DNA of 64,000 bases, from assembly GCA_045863295.1 (NCBI GenBank), contig BTWA01000005.1, positions 64,001-128,000 on the forward strand. The letters are read 5' to 3'. The notes beneath the pieces were generated by a model. The model made no database searches. It was not told the DNA's origin and saw only the letters and a program-made list of their open reading frames with translations. Source of the stretch: Candidatus Hydrogenedentota bacterium (GTDB lineage Bacteria > Hydrogenedentota > Hydrogenedentia > Hydrogenedentales > SLHB01). The translations under genes were made by a program, and so were the position numbers. Below are positions 31,941 to 41,319 of the stretch, piece after piece. Numbering within the stretch: the first letter of the stretch is position 1; each line of letters opens with the position of its first letter.

Positions 31941-34202
31941 CTAGAATCCCATATCCGGCCTCGGCGGTCCGTCGTAGGGTTTTGCTCCGAGGTGCAGGCC
32001 TCGGTGTTCGACGGTCAGCAGGTCTTTGTCCTTGGTGTCAGGCGGCAGGATCATGCCGTAATAGCGTGCCATCCAGTAGGCATCGAGGAATGCCGACGGG
32101 TCGGCCACAGCTTTTCCACCCGCGCCGCCGTCGAGGCGGAGAAAGTCGCTGTCCCACCGGCAGACGCCGATGTCACGCGCGGTCATGCTTTTCCAATCGG
32201 CGACGTAGTTGACGTATTCCTCGGGCACGCTCAAGTCAGTGCGGATGGAGTTTTTGTGGGTGTAGCTTCGGCAGTCGAGCGGCCATGCCTGCAGGTTTTT
32301 CAGCGAGCGTTCGTTGTCCATGGCGTTTCCGGTGAGTGCTCCGTAGATGTAGTTGAACCACACCATATTTTCCACGCGCTTGAGTTCCCACGAGCGTTCG
32401 AGGCTGCGCACGTAAATGGATCGCAATTCCGGGTCGGTTTCGTAGGTCAGCAACGGGTGATATGCAAGAAATGCGAGGCGGTCGTCGAAGTGGGTTATGA
32501 ATGGGAAGGTGATTTTCTGCCGCAACACGGGTAAGTGATATTCCCATTCCAGCAGTTGTTGCTTTCCGTTGCTGAACTTCTCGTTGCCTGTGATGGCATG
32601 TGCCATGGTAATCATGGAGAGGGCTTCGGTGCCGTTCAGGCCCAACTGCACGAGACCGTCGCGGCTATGGAGGTATTCGGGATCCCAGCGAGCCCAACGG
32701 GTGGGTTTTCCGTCGAGATCGCGCAGGGTCCAGCCGTGGTCGACAATGTGGCCTACGACACGGTTTATGTGTTCAATGACAGCGACCTTCGATTTTCCGT
32801 GCGAGGCCAGTTCGTAAAAGATCATGCAGGATTGAATGTGGGAATCCACTTCATCGCTGGAGGTATCGCCTTTCCACAGCCACAGTCCGTCGGGGGTGGG
32901 GTTCCATTCCGAGGGCAGGCCCGCTGAGCCGGTGGCGGCGAGTTGTGACGGTTCGCTGACGGTGGCTATGGCGCGCGCGGGGAATCCGTCGATGGGCGTG
33001 ATTTCCTCGCACCATTTGATGGTGCGGAACACTTCGATGGCTTGTTCGCGCACTTTGGGGTCTTTGGTGACGGCGTATTTGAAGCAATAGGCGTTCATGA
33101 GGTGCGCGGCCCAGCCGCCGTCGTTGTCACTGATGAACCGAACCCATTCGCCGCGGTCCTCGTCCCATGTGAGGGTGCAGATGAATCCGACGCGGCGCAT
33201 GCCCCATTCCTCTATCCATCGCTCGTAGTACGCAGCCTTCTTCTGCAGCGTATACGGTTCATATCGAATGATTCCGAGTCCTCCGTCGGTGGCGATGTAG
33301 GCGACCTTGTCGCCGCATGCGATGGCATTCACCTTATCGTTGGGGATCCAGCGCTGATAGCCGAAGTACTGGTATTCTCCGTCGACATATCGAATGGCGC
33401 CGCGCGTTGTGCCGACCCAGTAGTCTTCCTTTTCAAAGCCGCGGGCGACGCAGGTGGTGTCTTCATAACAGAGGCCTTGTTTGCCTGTAATCGCGATCCA
33501 GCTCATGCCGCGCAGTTCGGCGAGACCTTTGTCAGTTGGGACCATTAAGGCACTGCCGAATGACATCAAGTCACGCGTGACGGAGCCGAGGGGCAGGTGT
33601 CCCCAGTCTTTGACGTCGTCATATTCCAAGGCGCCGTCAATGAGGAAACCGACCTGGGCCTGGTGACGGACATAGATAGTTTCTGCGTACGACGCGACTC
33701 CCAGGATGGGGAGACGGGAGGGGGCCTTGAGGAGGGGAGCGGGTTGGCCGTCGTTTAATCGGTACAGTTGCGTGGGGGAGGCCAATATCACGTTGCCGAG
33801 GTGCACACACGCATCGACGGCGGGTTCCAATTGGAGTTGGTTCCAGGTGCCGTCCGTGAACTGCCATGTTGCCTCGGGCGTGAAGGCGTACAGGGACCCA
33901 TTCAGGGCCTTCAGCCGGTTTACCGCGCTGGAGGGGCCGCCGGCCGCGACGAGGGATTCCCCCTCGAGCCGCAGTACGCCGTTACCCGCGCCCACGTACA
34001 GGACATTTTCCAATACGGCCGCAGCGGTTAACGGGTAGGTGGTTTCCAGGCGGCCTTCGACTTCCTGCAGATATACTTCGTCGCGGACAGGGGTCCATTG
34101 TGGATTTTCGGGTATGGGCAATTCCGCGGGTGCCTGCCCGGGCCACATGCAGAATATTCCGATGACAGCGACGAGTACGCGAACAGACCGATTCGGTTTC
34201 AT
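31941..34202 (-). CDS. Exported protein with beta-propeller N-half and helical (glycoside-hydrolase-like toroid) C-half
   Basis: Signal peptide; propeller blades (WVGTTRGA, YIATDGGL); SDNDG, WKGDTSSDE and AYWMARYYG motifs. Confidence 0.75.
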   Translation of the reverse strand: MKPNRSVRVLVAVIGIFCMWPGQAPAELPIPENPQWTPVRDEVYLQEVEGRLETTYPLTAAAVLENVLYVGAGNGVLRLEGESLVAAGGPSSAVNRLKALNGSLYAFTPEATWQFTDGTWNQLQLEPAVDACVHLGNVILASPTQLYRLNDGQPAPLLKAPSRLPILGVASYAETIYVRHQAQVGFLIDGALEYDDVKDWGHLPLGSVTRDLMSFGSALMVPTDKGLAELRGMSWIAITGKQGLCYEDTTCVARGFEKEDYWVGTTRGAIRYVDGEYQYFGYQRWIPNDKVNAIACGDKVAYIATDGGLGIIRYEPYTLQKKAAYYERWIEEWGMRRVGFICTLTWDEDRGEWVRFISDNDGGWAAHLMNAYCFKYAVTKDPKVREQAIEVFRTIKWCEEITPIDGFPARAIATVSEPSQLAATGSAGLPSEWNPTPDGLWLWKGDTSSDEVDSHIQSCMIFYELASHGKSKVAVIEHINRVVGHIVDHGWTLRDLDGKPTRWARWDPEYLHSRDGLVQLGLNGTEALSMITMAHAITGNEKFSNGKQQLLEWEYHLPVLRQKITFPFITHFDDRLAFLAYHPLLTYETDPELRSIYVRSLERSWELKRVENMVWFNYIYGALTGNAMDNERSLKNLQAWPLDCRSYTHKNSIRTDLSVPEEYVNYVADWKSMTARDIGVCRWDSDFLRLDGGAGGKAVADPSAFLDAYWMARYYGMILPPDTKDKDLLTVEHRGLHLGAKPYDGPPRPDMGF

Positions 34203-34305
34203 GGTGTCCCCTCCCCAGAGTCAGAAAACGTGCGCTATTCAGCTTCCATCATAGGGGTCGTGACGGGCGAGGGCAAGTGGCGGGTTCGGTCCGCGTTCGC
34301 GGTGC

Positions 34306-34334
34306 TTTTCAACGAGGCGCCCGGTATCTATAAT
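34306..34334 (+). promoter_or_regulatory. Sigma-70-type promoter of the oxidoreductase operon
   Basis: TTTTCA-17 bp-TATAAT. Confidence 0.55.
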
Positions 34335-34374
34335 GGCGGGGTATCCGTTTCAAGGCAGCGAAGGAGGGAGAATC

Positions 34375-35541
34375 ATGGCCAAGAAGAAACTCAATGTGGC
34401 ACTCATCGGCACCAAGTTCATGGGAAAGACGCACAGCAACGCGTTCCGGCAGGTGAACAAGTTTTTCGATTTGCCGTATGAGGTGGTGCCGAAAGTGATT
34501 TGCGGCCGCAATCCGAAAGAGACGCAGGATGCGGCGGACACGATGGGATGGGAAGAAGCGAGCACGAACTGGGAAGAGGTGGTGCAGCGGAAGGACATCG
34601 ACATTGTCGATGTATCCTCTCCCGGCAATTTACATGCGCCTATGGCGATTGCAGCGGCGAAGGCAGGCAAGCACATTCTTTGCGAGAAGCCATTAGCCAA
34701 CACGACCAAAGAATCCAAAGAGATGCTCAAGGCGGTTGAAAAGGCCGGCGTGAGCCACATGTGCGGATTTTCCTACCGGTTCGCGCCAGCGGTGGCGACG
34801 ATCAAGAATTTGATTCAGTCGGGCAAGCTGGGAGATATCTTTCATTTTCGTGCGGCGTATCAGCAGGACTGGATTGTCGATCCCGAGTTTCCGCTGGTGT
34901 GGCGGTTGCAGAAGGATTTGGCGGGTTCCGGCGCGCTTGGGGATATCGGCGCGCATATTATTGATATGTGCCACAACCTGATTGGTCCGATTGCGGAAGT
35001 CAGTTCCGCGATGCAGACGTTTGTTACGGAGCGCCCGATTGCGGAGGCGGACACCGGTATCACCAAGAGCCAAGGTAAGACGACGAAGAAGCGGGGCAAA
35101 GTGACCGTTGATGACGCTGCGATTTTTCTTGCGCGTTTTGCGGGTAAGCCGACGCTTGCGACGTTCGAGGCGACGCGCTTTGCTCCGGGTCGGCGAAATC
35201 ACCATGTATTTGAAGTGTACGGCAGCAAGGGATCGGTGGTGTGGAATTTGGAAAACATGAACGTGTTTCAGTACTACAATTCCGCGGACCCCGAGACGCT
35301 TCAAGGTTTCCGCACGATACACGCGACCGATCCGGGGCATCCGTACGCTGGCGCGTGGTGGCCTTCGGCGCACATCATCGGTTATGAGCACCTGTTTGTA
35401 CACGAGGTGTATGACTTCGTGAGTCAGTTGGGCAAAAAGAAAGTGACCTATCCCACGTTTGCGGATGGCGTGCAGTGTCAGCTGGTGCTGGATGCGGTTG
35501 AGAAGTCTGCTAAGACGCGAAAGTGGGAGGCGGTGAAATAA
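34375..35541 (+). CDS. Gfo/Idh/MocA-family oxidoreductase
   Basis: VALIGTKFMG, CEKPLA, GALGDIGAHIID, WWPSAHIIGYEH; strong RBS AAGGAGGGAG. Confidence 0.93.
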   Translation: MAKKKLNVALIGTKFMGKTHSNAFRQVNKFFDLPYEVVPKVICGRNPKETQDAADTMGWEEASTNWEEVVQRKDIDIVDVSSPGNLHAPMAIAAAKAGKHILCEKPLANTTKESKEMLKAVEKAGVSHMCGFSYRFAPAVATIKNLIQSGKLGDIFHFRAAYQQDWIVDPEFPLVWRLQKDLAGSGALGDIGAHIIDMCHNLIGPIAEVSSAMQTFVTERPIAEADTGITKSQGKTTKKRGKVTVDDAAIFLARFAGKPTLATFEATRFAPGRRNHHVFEVYGSKGSVVWNLENMNVFQYYNSADPETLQGFRTIHATDPGHPYAGAWWPSAHIIGYEHLFVHEVYDFVSQLGKKKVTYPTFADGVQCQLVLDAVEKSAKTRKWEAVK

Positions 35542-35550
35542 CGTAGCGCA

Positions 35551-35916
35551 ATGTGGTGGCCGTGGCAATCGCATCAGGCAAAGGTACTTTGCGGCGCGCT
35601 CAGCGTGGCCGAGCGCGCAGGGTTGGGAGTTGTGATGGCCGTGTATCCGGCATGGCTTGTGTATGCGGTAGGCATGCCTTTGGTCCGTCTGCTGTTGAAT
35701 CCCGGGCTGCCGGCCGCACTCAGTGCGTTGTATTTTCTGGCGCTTACGGTCTGTTTCACGTACGTGTACCTGTGTGTGGCGAAGTGTTATTTGCTGTTGA
35801 CGAGAGAAGGGCGGCGACTCGCGTACCGGGCCGACGCCTTGGCACTGTTTCGATTTGACGAACGAGAAGGGGAACCGCGCCACGACGGCGCAACTGGAGG
35901 GAGGACCGAAACATGA
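35551..35916 (+). CDS. Small membrane protein
   Basis: Two hydrophobic segments; exactly fills the gap between flanking genes; ATGA overlap downstream. Confidence 0.55.
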   Translation: MWWPWQSHQAKVLCGALSVAERAGLGVVMAVYPAWLVYAVGMPLVRLLLNPGLPAALSALYFLALTVCFTYVYLCVAKCYLLLTREGRRLAYRADALALFRFDEREGEPRHDGATGGRTET

Positions 35917-36878
35917 AGTTAGGCGTGTTGACGGTTTTGTTCAGCGACAAAAGCCTCAAGGATGTACTGGAGATTTTGCGGCCGTTTGGACTTGATACCG
36001 TGGAGTTGGGCACCGGCAACTACCCTGGCAGCGCGCATTGCCCGGCGAAGGAGTTGCTTGCGTCCAAGCCGAAGCGCGACGAATTGAAGGCGCTGCTGAA
36101 GGGCGAGGGACTTGAGATCAGCGCGTTGAGCTGCCATGGCAATTGTCTGCACCCCGATGCTGCGTTCGCGAAGAAGAACATCGAAGTGCAGACCGACACG
36201 ATCAAGCTCGCCAAAGAGTTGGGCGTGAAGACCGTGATCGATTTTTCGGGCTGTCCCGGATCGGACGAAAAGTCGACCAAGCCGAATTGGGTGACGTGTC
36301 CGTGGCCGCCGGATTACCTCGAGATTTTGAATTGGCAGTGGGAAAAGAAGGTGATTCCGTATTGGAAGAAGCAGGCGCAGTTTGCGAAAGACAACGGTGT
36401 ACAGGTTGCGTTTGAAGCGCATCCTGGTTTTGTTGTTTACAACCCGGAGACGATATTGAAGATTCGCAAGGAGTGTGGGACGAATCTCGGGGCCAACTTC
36501 GATCCCAGCCACTTTTTCTGGCAGGGCATCGATCCGGTGGATGCGGTGCGCGCGCTGGGCGGCAAGGCCATTTTCCACGTGCACGCGAAGGATTCGAAAG
36601 TCTACGAGCAAAACGCGAAAGTCAACGGGGTGCTTGACACGAAGCACTACGGGGACGAGCTGAACCGGTCGTGGCTGTTCCGCACGTGCGGGTATGGGCA
36701 TGGCTTCGACTGGTGGAACGATTTCGTCTCGACACTGCGGATGGTGGGTTACGACGGCGTCCTGTCGATCGAGCATGAAGACAGCCTGATGTCGAGCTTC
36801 GAAGGGTTGTCCAAGGCCGTTGATTTCCTGAAGAAGGTGCTGATTTTCCAGAAGAAATCGGCGATGACCTGGGCGTAA
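35913..36878 (+). CDS. Sugar phosphate isomerase/epimerase (xylose-isomerase-like TIM barrel)
   Basis: FEAHPG, NFDPSH, HVHAKD, SIEHED metal-site motifs. Confidence 0.93.
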   Translation: MKLGVLTVLFSDKSLKDVLEILRPFGLDTVELGTGNYPGSAHCPAKELLASKPKRDELKALLKGEGLEISALSCHGNCLHPDAAFAKKNIEVQTDTIKLAKELGVKTVIDFSGCPGSDEKSTKPNWVTCPWPPDYLEILNWQWEKKVIPYWKKQAQFAKDNGVQVAFEAHPGFVVYNPETILKIRKECGTNLGANFDPSHFFWQGIDPVDAVRALGGKAIFHVHAKDSKVYEQNAKVNGVLDTKHYGDELNRSWLFRTCGYGHGFDWWNDFVSTLRMVGYDGVLSIEHEDSLMSSFEGLSKAVDFLKKVLIFQKKSAMTWA

Positions 36879-36896
36879 GTGCAATTGGATTGATTG

Positions 36897-36935
36897 AAGC
36901 GAGGGCCATCCCGGTGGGATGGCCCTCGCTTTTTT
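36897..36935 (+). terminator. Intrinsic terminator, possibly bidirectional
   Basis: AAGCGAGGGCCATCCC/GGGATGGCCCTCGCTT stem followed by a T run. Confidence 0.85.
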
Positions 36936-36937
36936 GG

Positions 36938-37921
36938 CTATTCCACGATCTTGCCGGTGACGACCACGAACATGGCGTCCTCTCCGCCGGAGAGGTTGCT
37001 CTTGCCAACGACCACGCTTTGTCCGACCTTCAAGTCCACGTTGGCGCGAATGCCGGTTTCCGACATGGAACCCGCAGGGACCCGCATGGGCGGACGCGCG
37101 GGCGATCCTTCCGGTAGCGGAGTTGGGGGCGAGATGTATTCCGTGCCAAAGACAAAGTCGTCGAGTTGAATGCGACTGTTCTCGCCGGAGCCGGCGATGC
37201 GTAGCTGATTCACCATCAGGTTGTAGTTTCGCTTAGCGCCTTCGACGTCGACCGGCAAGACGCCTGAAGTCGAAGTTTCGGAATCTTCCCGCCCCCGAAT
37301 CCACAGCGTGTCGATCAATTTGTATGATTTGTAGGGGAAAGTTTCCGTCAATTGATAGACGACTTCACCCAGTGCGTCGGGCAATGTTTGCGGTTCGCCT
37401 TCCATAGTCCCTTGCAGTAAGTACATGGTCAGCTCGACATTTCGATCGGTATTCTCCGAATCGGGATCTTTTCTCACCACGTCGAGGCTGTCAATCATCG
37501 CCTCCACAGCCGGCATGAGACGGGCCGGCCCGATGACGACGATACTGTTGGAACTGGCGGCCTCGACGGCTCTTACGTTGAGTAGGCTGACCATCTGGGC
37601 GATTTCCTGCGCTTCCGCATGGGAGAGTTGAAAAACGCGCGTTTCAGCCGTCAAGGATTCAGCCGCCTTTTTTGCGAAATTGAGGACCTCGTACACTTCA
37701 TCCGTTTCGCGTTTTGCCTCGGCATCGGGAGTGTCTGCCGATTTTTGCGCAAAGGCGTTCATATGGGTTTGCGCCAATGTGGCCAAGTGGGCTAATTCTT
37801 CATCCGTGTAGTCCAAGGCGGCAGGCACAGGTTTTCTCTGTTCCTGGGCTTCCGCGTTCAGTGCTTCCGAACACACAAAGCTACAAGCCAGCATAAAAAC
37901 CAGCAGCGGATATTGTTTCAT
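36938..37921 (-). CDS. Small secretin-like exported protein (one N3/NolW-like domain plus reduced secretin-like core)
   Basis: Signal peptide; TRVFQLSHAEAQEI...SNSIVVIGP...MIDSLDV; NVELTMYLL; IRANVDLKVGQSVVVG...MFVVVTGKIVE. Confidence 0.65.
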   Translation of the reverse strand: MKQYPLLVFMLACSFVCSEALNAEAQEQRKPVPAALDYTDEELAHLATLAQTHMNAFAQKSADTPDAEAKRETDEVYEVLNFAKKAAESLTAETRVFQLSHAEAQEIAQMVSLLNVRAVEAASSNSIVVIGPARLMPAVEAMIDSLDVVRKDPDSENTDRNVELTMYLLQGTMEGEPQTLPDALGEVVYQLTETFPYKSYKLIDTLWIRGREDSETSTSGVLPVDVEGAKRNYNLMVNQLRIAGSGENSRIQLDDFVFGTEYISPPTPLPEGSPARPPMRVPAGSMSETGIRANVDLKVGQSVVVGKSNLSGGEDAMFVVVTGKIVE

Positions 37922-38475
37922 GACGAACCTCCTTCGTTGTCGGTCACCAGAATAATGACCACATTGGGATCATCTGTTGCCAGACGGATCTGTGAAAGTT
38001 TCAAGGGTGTACGCGGGGATTTGGGCGCATCGACGGGGGCCAGATCCGAGTCAGGGACAATTCTCTCCTGGGGTACCGGATCGTACTTTGCGATGGACCT
38101 TTGCGAGGTGGATTCAATTCCCGCGTCGTTGACGTTGCTCTCCTGGGTGATCCAATAGAGCGCGGCGCCGCATGCAATAAACGCTGTGACTGCAACCCAG
38201 CCAATTTGCGCCGCGGGAGACCAACGAAACGACTTCTGCGGCGTCTCCTTGAGGATTGCGGCACGCACCTGTTCCCGCAGTTCTTTGCAGTCCGCCTCGT
38301 CTATGCGCGAGGTGTGCATTGCCTTATACATTTCCTGACTTTGCCTCAACTCATTTGCGAATTGTTTGCAATGCCCGCATTGCGCGAGATGACTCCTGAT
38401 TGCCAGTGAAACGAGTTTACCCGTATCGCCCGCCACCCAGAGGGCGATCTGCTTTTCGCAGGTCTTACACGTCAT
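37918..38475 (-). CDS. Zinc-finger (ZAS) anti-sigma factor, single TM
   Basis: MTC...HLAQCGHC (HxxxCxxC); one TM helix; overlaps the sigma stop. Confidence 0.85.
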   Translation of the reverse strand: MTCKTCEKQIALWVAGDTGKLVSLAIRSHLAQCGHCKQFANELRQSQEMYKAMHTSRIDEADCKELREQVRAAILKETPQKSFRWSPAAQIGWVAVTAFIACGAALYWITQESNVNDAGIESTSQRSIAKYDPVPQERIVPDSDLAPVDAPKSPRTPLKLSQIRLATDDPNVVIILVTDNEGGSS

Positions 38476-39076
38476 GAGATCGTTCCTTTTCGGCTTCATA
38501 GAACCGTTTCATCTTCAGGCGCGCTCTGCGCAGGTACGTCCGCACCGTTACTTCGAAACAGTTCATGGCTTTCGCCACTTCGCGGGCAGGCAGTTCTTCC
38601 AAATCGCGAAGTACAACGGCCGTGCGCTCACGTTCAGTCAGTGTGTGAAGGGCGCGTTGCAGAAATGACTCGCGCTCTTCGCGCCGCAATCCGGCGTCGG
38701 CGGCGCCTGGTGTTCCCCGCGTGGCCGACGCTTCCACGCGGGACAGCGTAACCGCCGTTCGCATTCTCCTGCGGGCGGCGTCGCGACAGGCATTGACCGT
38801 CAACCGGTAGAGCCAGGGTTCCAGCGGGCGCGACCCGTCGAACCGGTCAAAGTGGCGAAAGAGCCGCAGGAACACCTCTTGCGCGGCATCCTGAGCGTCT
38901 TCGCGGTTTCCGAGCAGGCGTAGCGCCGTTCGCAAGACCAGCGCCTCGTGGCGGACCAGCAGGGCGTCGAAGGCGGACAAATCCCCCGTTTTGGCGGCGC
39001 TCACCCAGGCCGATTCTTCCGAATCGCCTGAAGGCGCTGTCATGAGCCACGCGAGTTGTCCGTTTTTCGCTTCCAC
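38465..39076 (-). CDS. ECF sigma factor
   Basis: GDLSAFDAL, DAQDAAQEVFLRL, WLYRLTVN, region-4 HTH TVRTYLRRAR. Confidence 0.93.
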   Translation of the reverse strand: MEAKNGQLAWLMTAPSGDSEESAWVSAAKTGDLSAFDALLVRHEALVLRTALRLLGNREDAQDAAQEVFLRLFRHFDRFDGSRPLEPWLYRLTVNACRDAARRRMRTAVTLSRVEASATRGTPGAADAGLRREERESFLQRALHTLTERERTAVVLRDLEELPAREVAKAMNCFEVTVRTYLRRARLKMKRFYEAEKERSHDV

Positions 39077-39281
39077 TTAGGGGTCCCCGGTTGCCTCTCA
39101 CTTATACATACTCTGCCACATGGGGAAATGATGACAAGGCTGTAGTGGAACGCGATCTCGCGGCGGCGGCGGCACGACCGGTTGATTGTCCACGCTGCAC
39201 GTCCGGCGGGTATATGATTCCCCTGAAAATGCTGGCGTGCTACACTCACGCGCGATTAACTTGAGGAGGGTTTTCGACTTC

Positions 39282-40517
39282 GTGGACGGGATTCAATACC
39301 GCTTTATCAGTTTAATTGGCCTTGGCGCCATGGTGATGCTGGCGTGGGTGCTGTCCGAGAACCGCAAGGCGGCGCCATGGCGGCTGGTGGTCTGGGGTGT
39401 TGCACTGCAGTTTGCGATTGGTCTCGTCATCCTGAAGACACCCCTTAAAGGCGCTGTTTTTTCGGGTATGCAACAGACGGTTCATATATTGACGTCGTCC
39501 ACGCTGGAGGGGGCCACGATGGTGTTCGGATCCCTGTCCACTGATGCCAATCTCGGGGCCCTGTTTGCGTTTCAGGTGCTGCCTGTGATCATTTTTGTTT
39601 CCACGCTTGCCGCCATTTTACACCACCTGCGCGTAATCCAGTTCCTGGTAACGGGGATTGCGTGGGTGATGCGGCGCACCTTGAAGACCTCCGGCGCGGA
39701 GACGTTCGCGGCGGGGCTGCTCATCTTCATGGGCATCGAAGCGGTTTCGGCGGTCCGCGGTTATGTGAAAGGTATGACGCGATCGGAGCTGTTTACCGTG
39801 TTGTCCACGTTTATGGCGACGATTGCCGGGAGCGTGCTGGTGATTTACGCCAGTTTTGGCGCGGAGCCGGGACATCTGCTGTCGGCGTCGCTTATGAGTG
39901 CGCCCGCGGCGATTGTAATTGCAAAGATCATGGTGCCGGAGTTGGGCACACCTGCAACTTCCGGTGAAACGCGGGTTGCGGTAGAGGTCGAAAGCACGAA
40001 CCTGATTGATGCGGCCGCGCGAGGGGTGTCGCAGGGGTTGAATATGGCGCTGCAGGTGGGCGCCATGGTGTTGGCGTTTGTGGCCACGGTTTATCTTTTG
40101 GACCTCCTTTTGAAAGGGGCCACGGGTTGGTTTTTGGACGAGCCGCTTACATTTTCCCGGCTGATGGCATTTGTGTTCTATCCGTTTGCTGTATTGCTGG
40201 GCGTGCCGCTTGGCGATGCGGGCGCGGTTGCGCAGTTAATAGGCAAGAAGACGGTGCTGAACGAATTTCTGGCGTACCTGGATTTGAAGGCCATGATTGA
40301 ACAAAGCGCCATTTCCCCTCGGGCACGCATGATTGCCACGTATGCCCTGTGCGGTTTTGCCAATCCCGGGAGCATGGCGATTGGCATTGCCGGATTGGAC
40401 GTGCTTGCACCGGAGCGGCGGTCGGAGATTTGCGCGCTAAGCGTAAAGTCGCTGGTGGCGGGTACGCTTGCTTGTTTGATGACCGCGTGCGTGGCGGGGG
40501 TGATTTCCTATGAGTGA
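39282..40517 (+). CDS. Concentrative nucleoside transporter (CNT/NupC family)
   Basis: FAFQVLPVIIF, TSGAE, MATIAG, ASLMSAPA, NEFLAY, YALCGFAN. Confidence 0.92.
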   Translation: MDGIQYRFISLIGLGAMVMLAWVLSENRKAAPWRLVVWGVALQFAIGLVILKTPLKGAVFSGMQQTVHILTSSTLEGATMVFGSLSTDANLGALFAFQVLPVIIFVSTLAAILHHLRVIQFLVTGIAWVMRRTLKTSGAETFAAGLLIFMGIEAVSAVRGYVKGMTRSELFTVLSTFMATIAGSVLVIYASFGAEPGHLLSASLMSAPAAIVIAKIMVPELGTPATSGETRVAVEVESTNLIDAAARGVSQGLNMALQVGAMVLAFVATVYLLDLLLKGATGWFLDEPLTFSRLMAFVFYPFAVLLGVPLGDAGAVAQLIGKKTVLNEFLAYLDLKAMIEQSAISPRARMIATYALCGFANPGSMAIGIAGLDVLAPERRSEICALSVKSLVAGTLACLMTACVAGVISYE

Positions 40518-41319
40518 GGCCCTCATTCCCAAGGCGTTGACCATTGCGGGGAGCGATTCCGGCGGTGGTGCGGGCATCCAAGCCGATTTGAAGACCTTTG
40601 CCGCGCTTGGCGTGTATGGCATGTCCGCGATTGCTGCGGTGACATCGCAGAACACGTACGGCGTCAGCGGTGTGGTGGAAATGCCGCCGGCGTTTGTTGC
40701 GCAACAAATTGACGACGTAGCGGCCGATATTGGTGTGGATGCTGCCAAGACAGGCATGTTGTCCAATGCGGAAATCGTGGAAGCTGTGGCGGATGCCGTA
40801 ACGCGCAACGGAATCACGAAATTGGTTGTGGATCCGGTGATGGTCGCGAAAAGCGGTGATTCCCTATTGCGGGAAAGCGCGCGCGAAGCGATTGTCCGTG
40901 TACTTCTACCGCGCGCATTGGTGATCACGCCGAATCTGCCGGAGGCGGCGGTATTAACCGGCATTGAACTCACCGGGGAGGACAGCTATAAGGAAGCCGC
41001 ACGACGCCTTCATGGCTTCGGGATACGGCATGTACTCATCAAGGGCGGTCATGCGGCCGGTCCGGATGCGGTCGATTGGCTATACGACGGCGAGAATTTC
41101 GTCACGTTTACGGCGCCGCGCATCGAGACGAAGAACACGCATGGCACCGGCTGCACGTATTCCGCTGCCATCGCCGCCAATCTGGCCAAGGGGATGGACG
41201 TTGTCGAGTCCGTCGAAAGCGCCAAGATCTACCTGACCGAGGCCATTCGGCGCAGTCTTTCCATTGGCCATGGCCATGGCCCGCTAAATCATATGTGGCA
41301 ACAGGAGACTTCGACATGA
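40510..41319 (+). CDS. thiD: HMP/HMP-phosphate kinase
   Basis: TIAGSDSGGGAGIQADLKT, VVDPVM, TPNLPEA, IKGGH, THGTGCT. Confidence 0.96.
   Translation: MSEALIPKALTIAGSDSGGGAGIQADLKTFAALGVYGMSAIAAVTSQNTYGVSGVVEMPPAFVAQQIDDVAADIGVDAAKTGMLSNAEIVEAVADAVTRNGITKLVVDPVMVAKSGDSLLRESAREAIVRVLLPRALVITPNLPEAAVLTGIELTGEDSYKEAARRLHGFGIRHVLIKGGHAAGPDAVDWLYDGENFVTFTAPRIETKNTHGTGCTYSAAIAANLAKGMDVVESVESAKIYLTEAIRRSLSIGHGHGPLNHMWQQETST

Noticed and set aside
34693..36884. Long antisense ORFs (396 and 321 aa); similar ones opposite ftsH and folP
   Set aside because: R/H/P-rich shadow frames of well-supported genes
39080..39281. TPP riboswitch ahead of CNT-thiD
   Set aside because: Conserved CTGAGA and ACCTGAT elements not found
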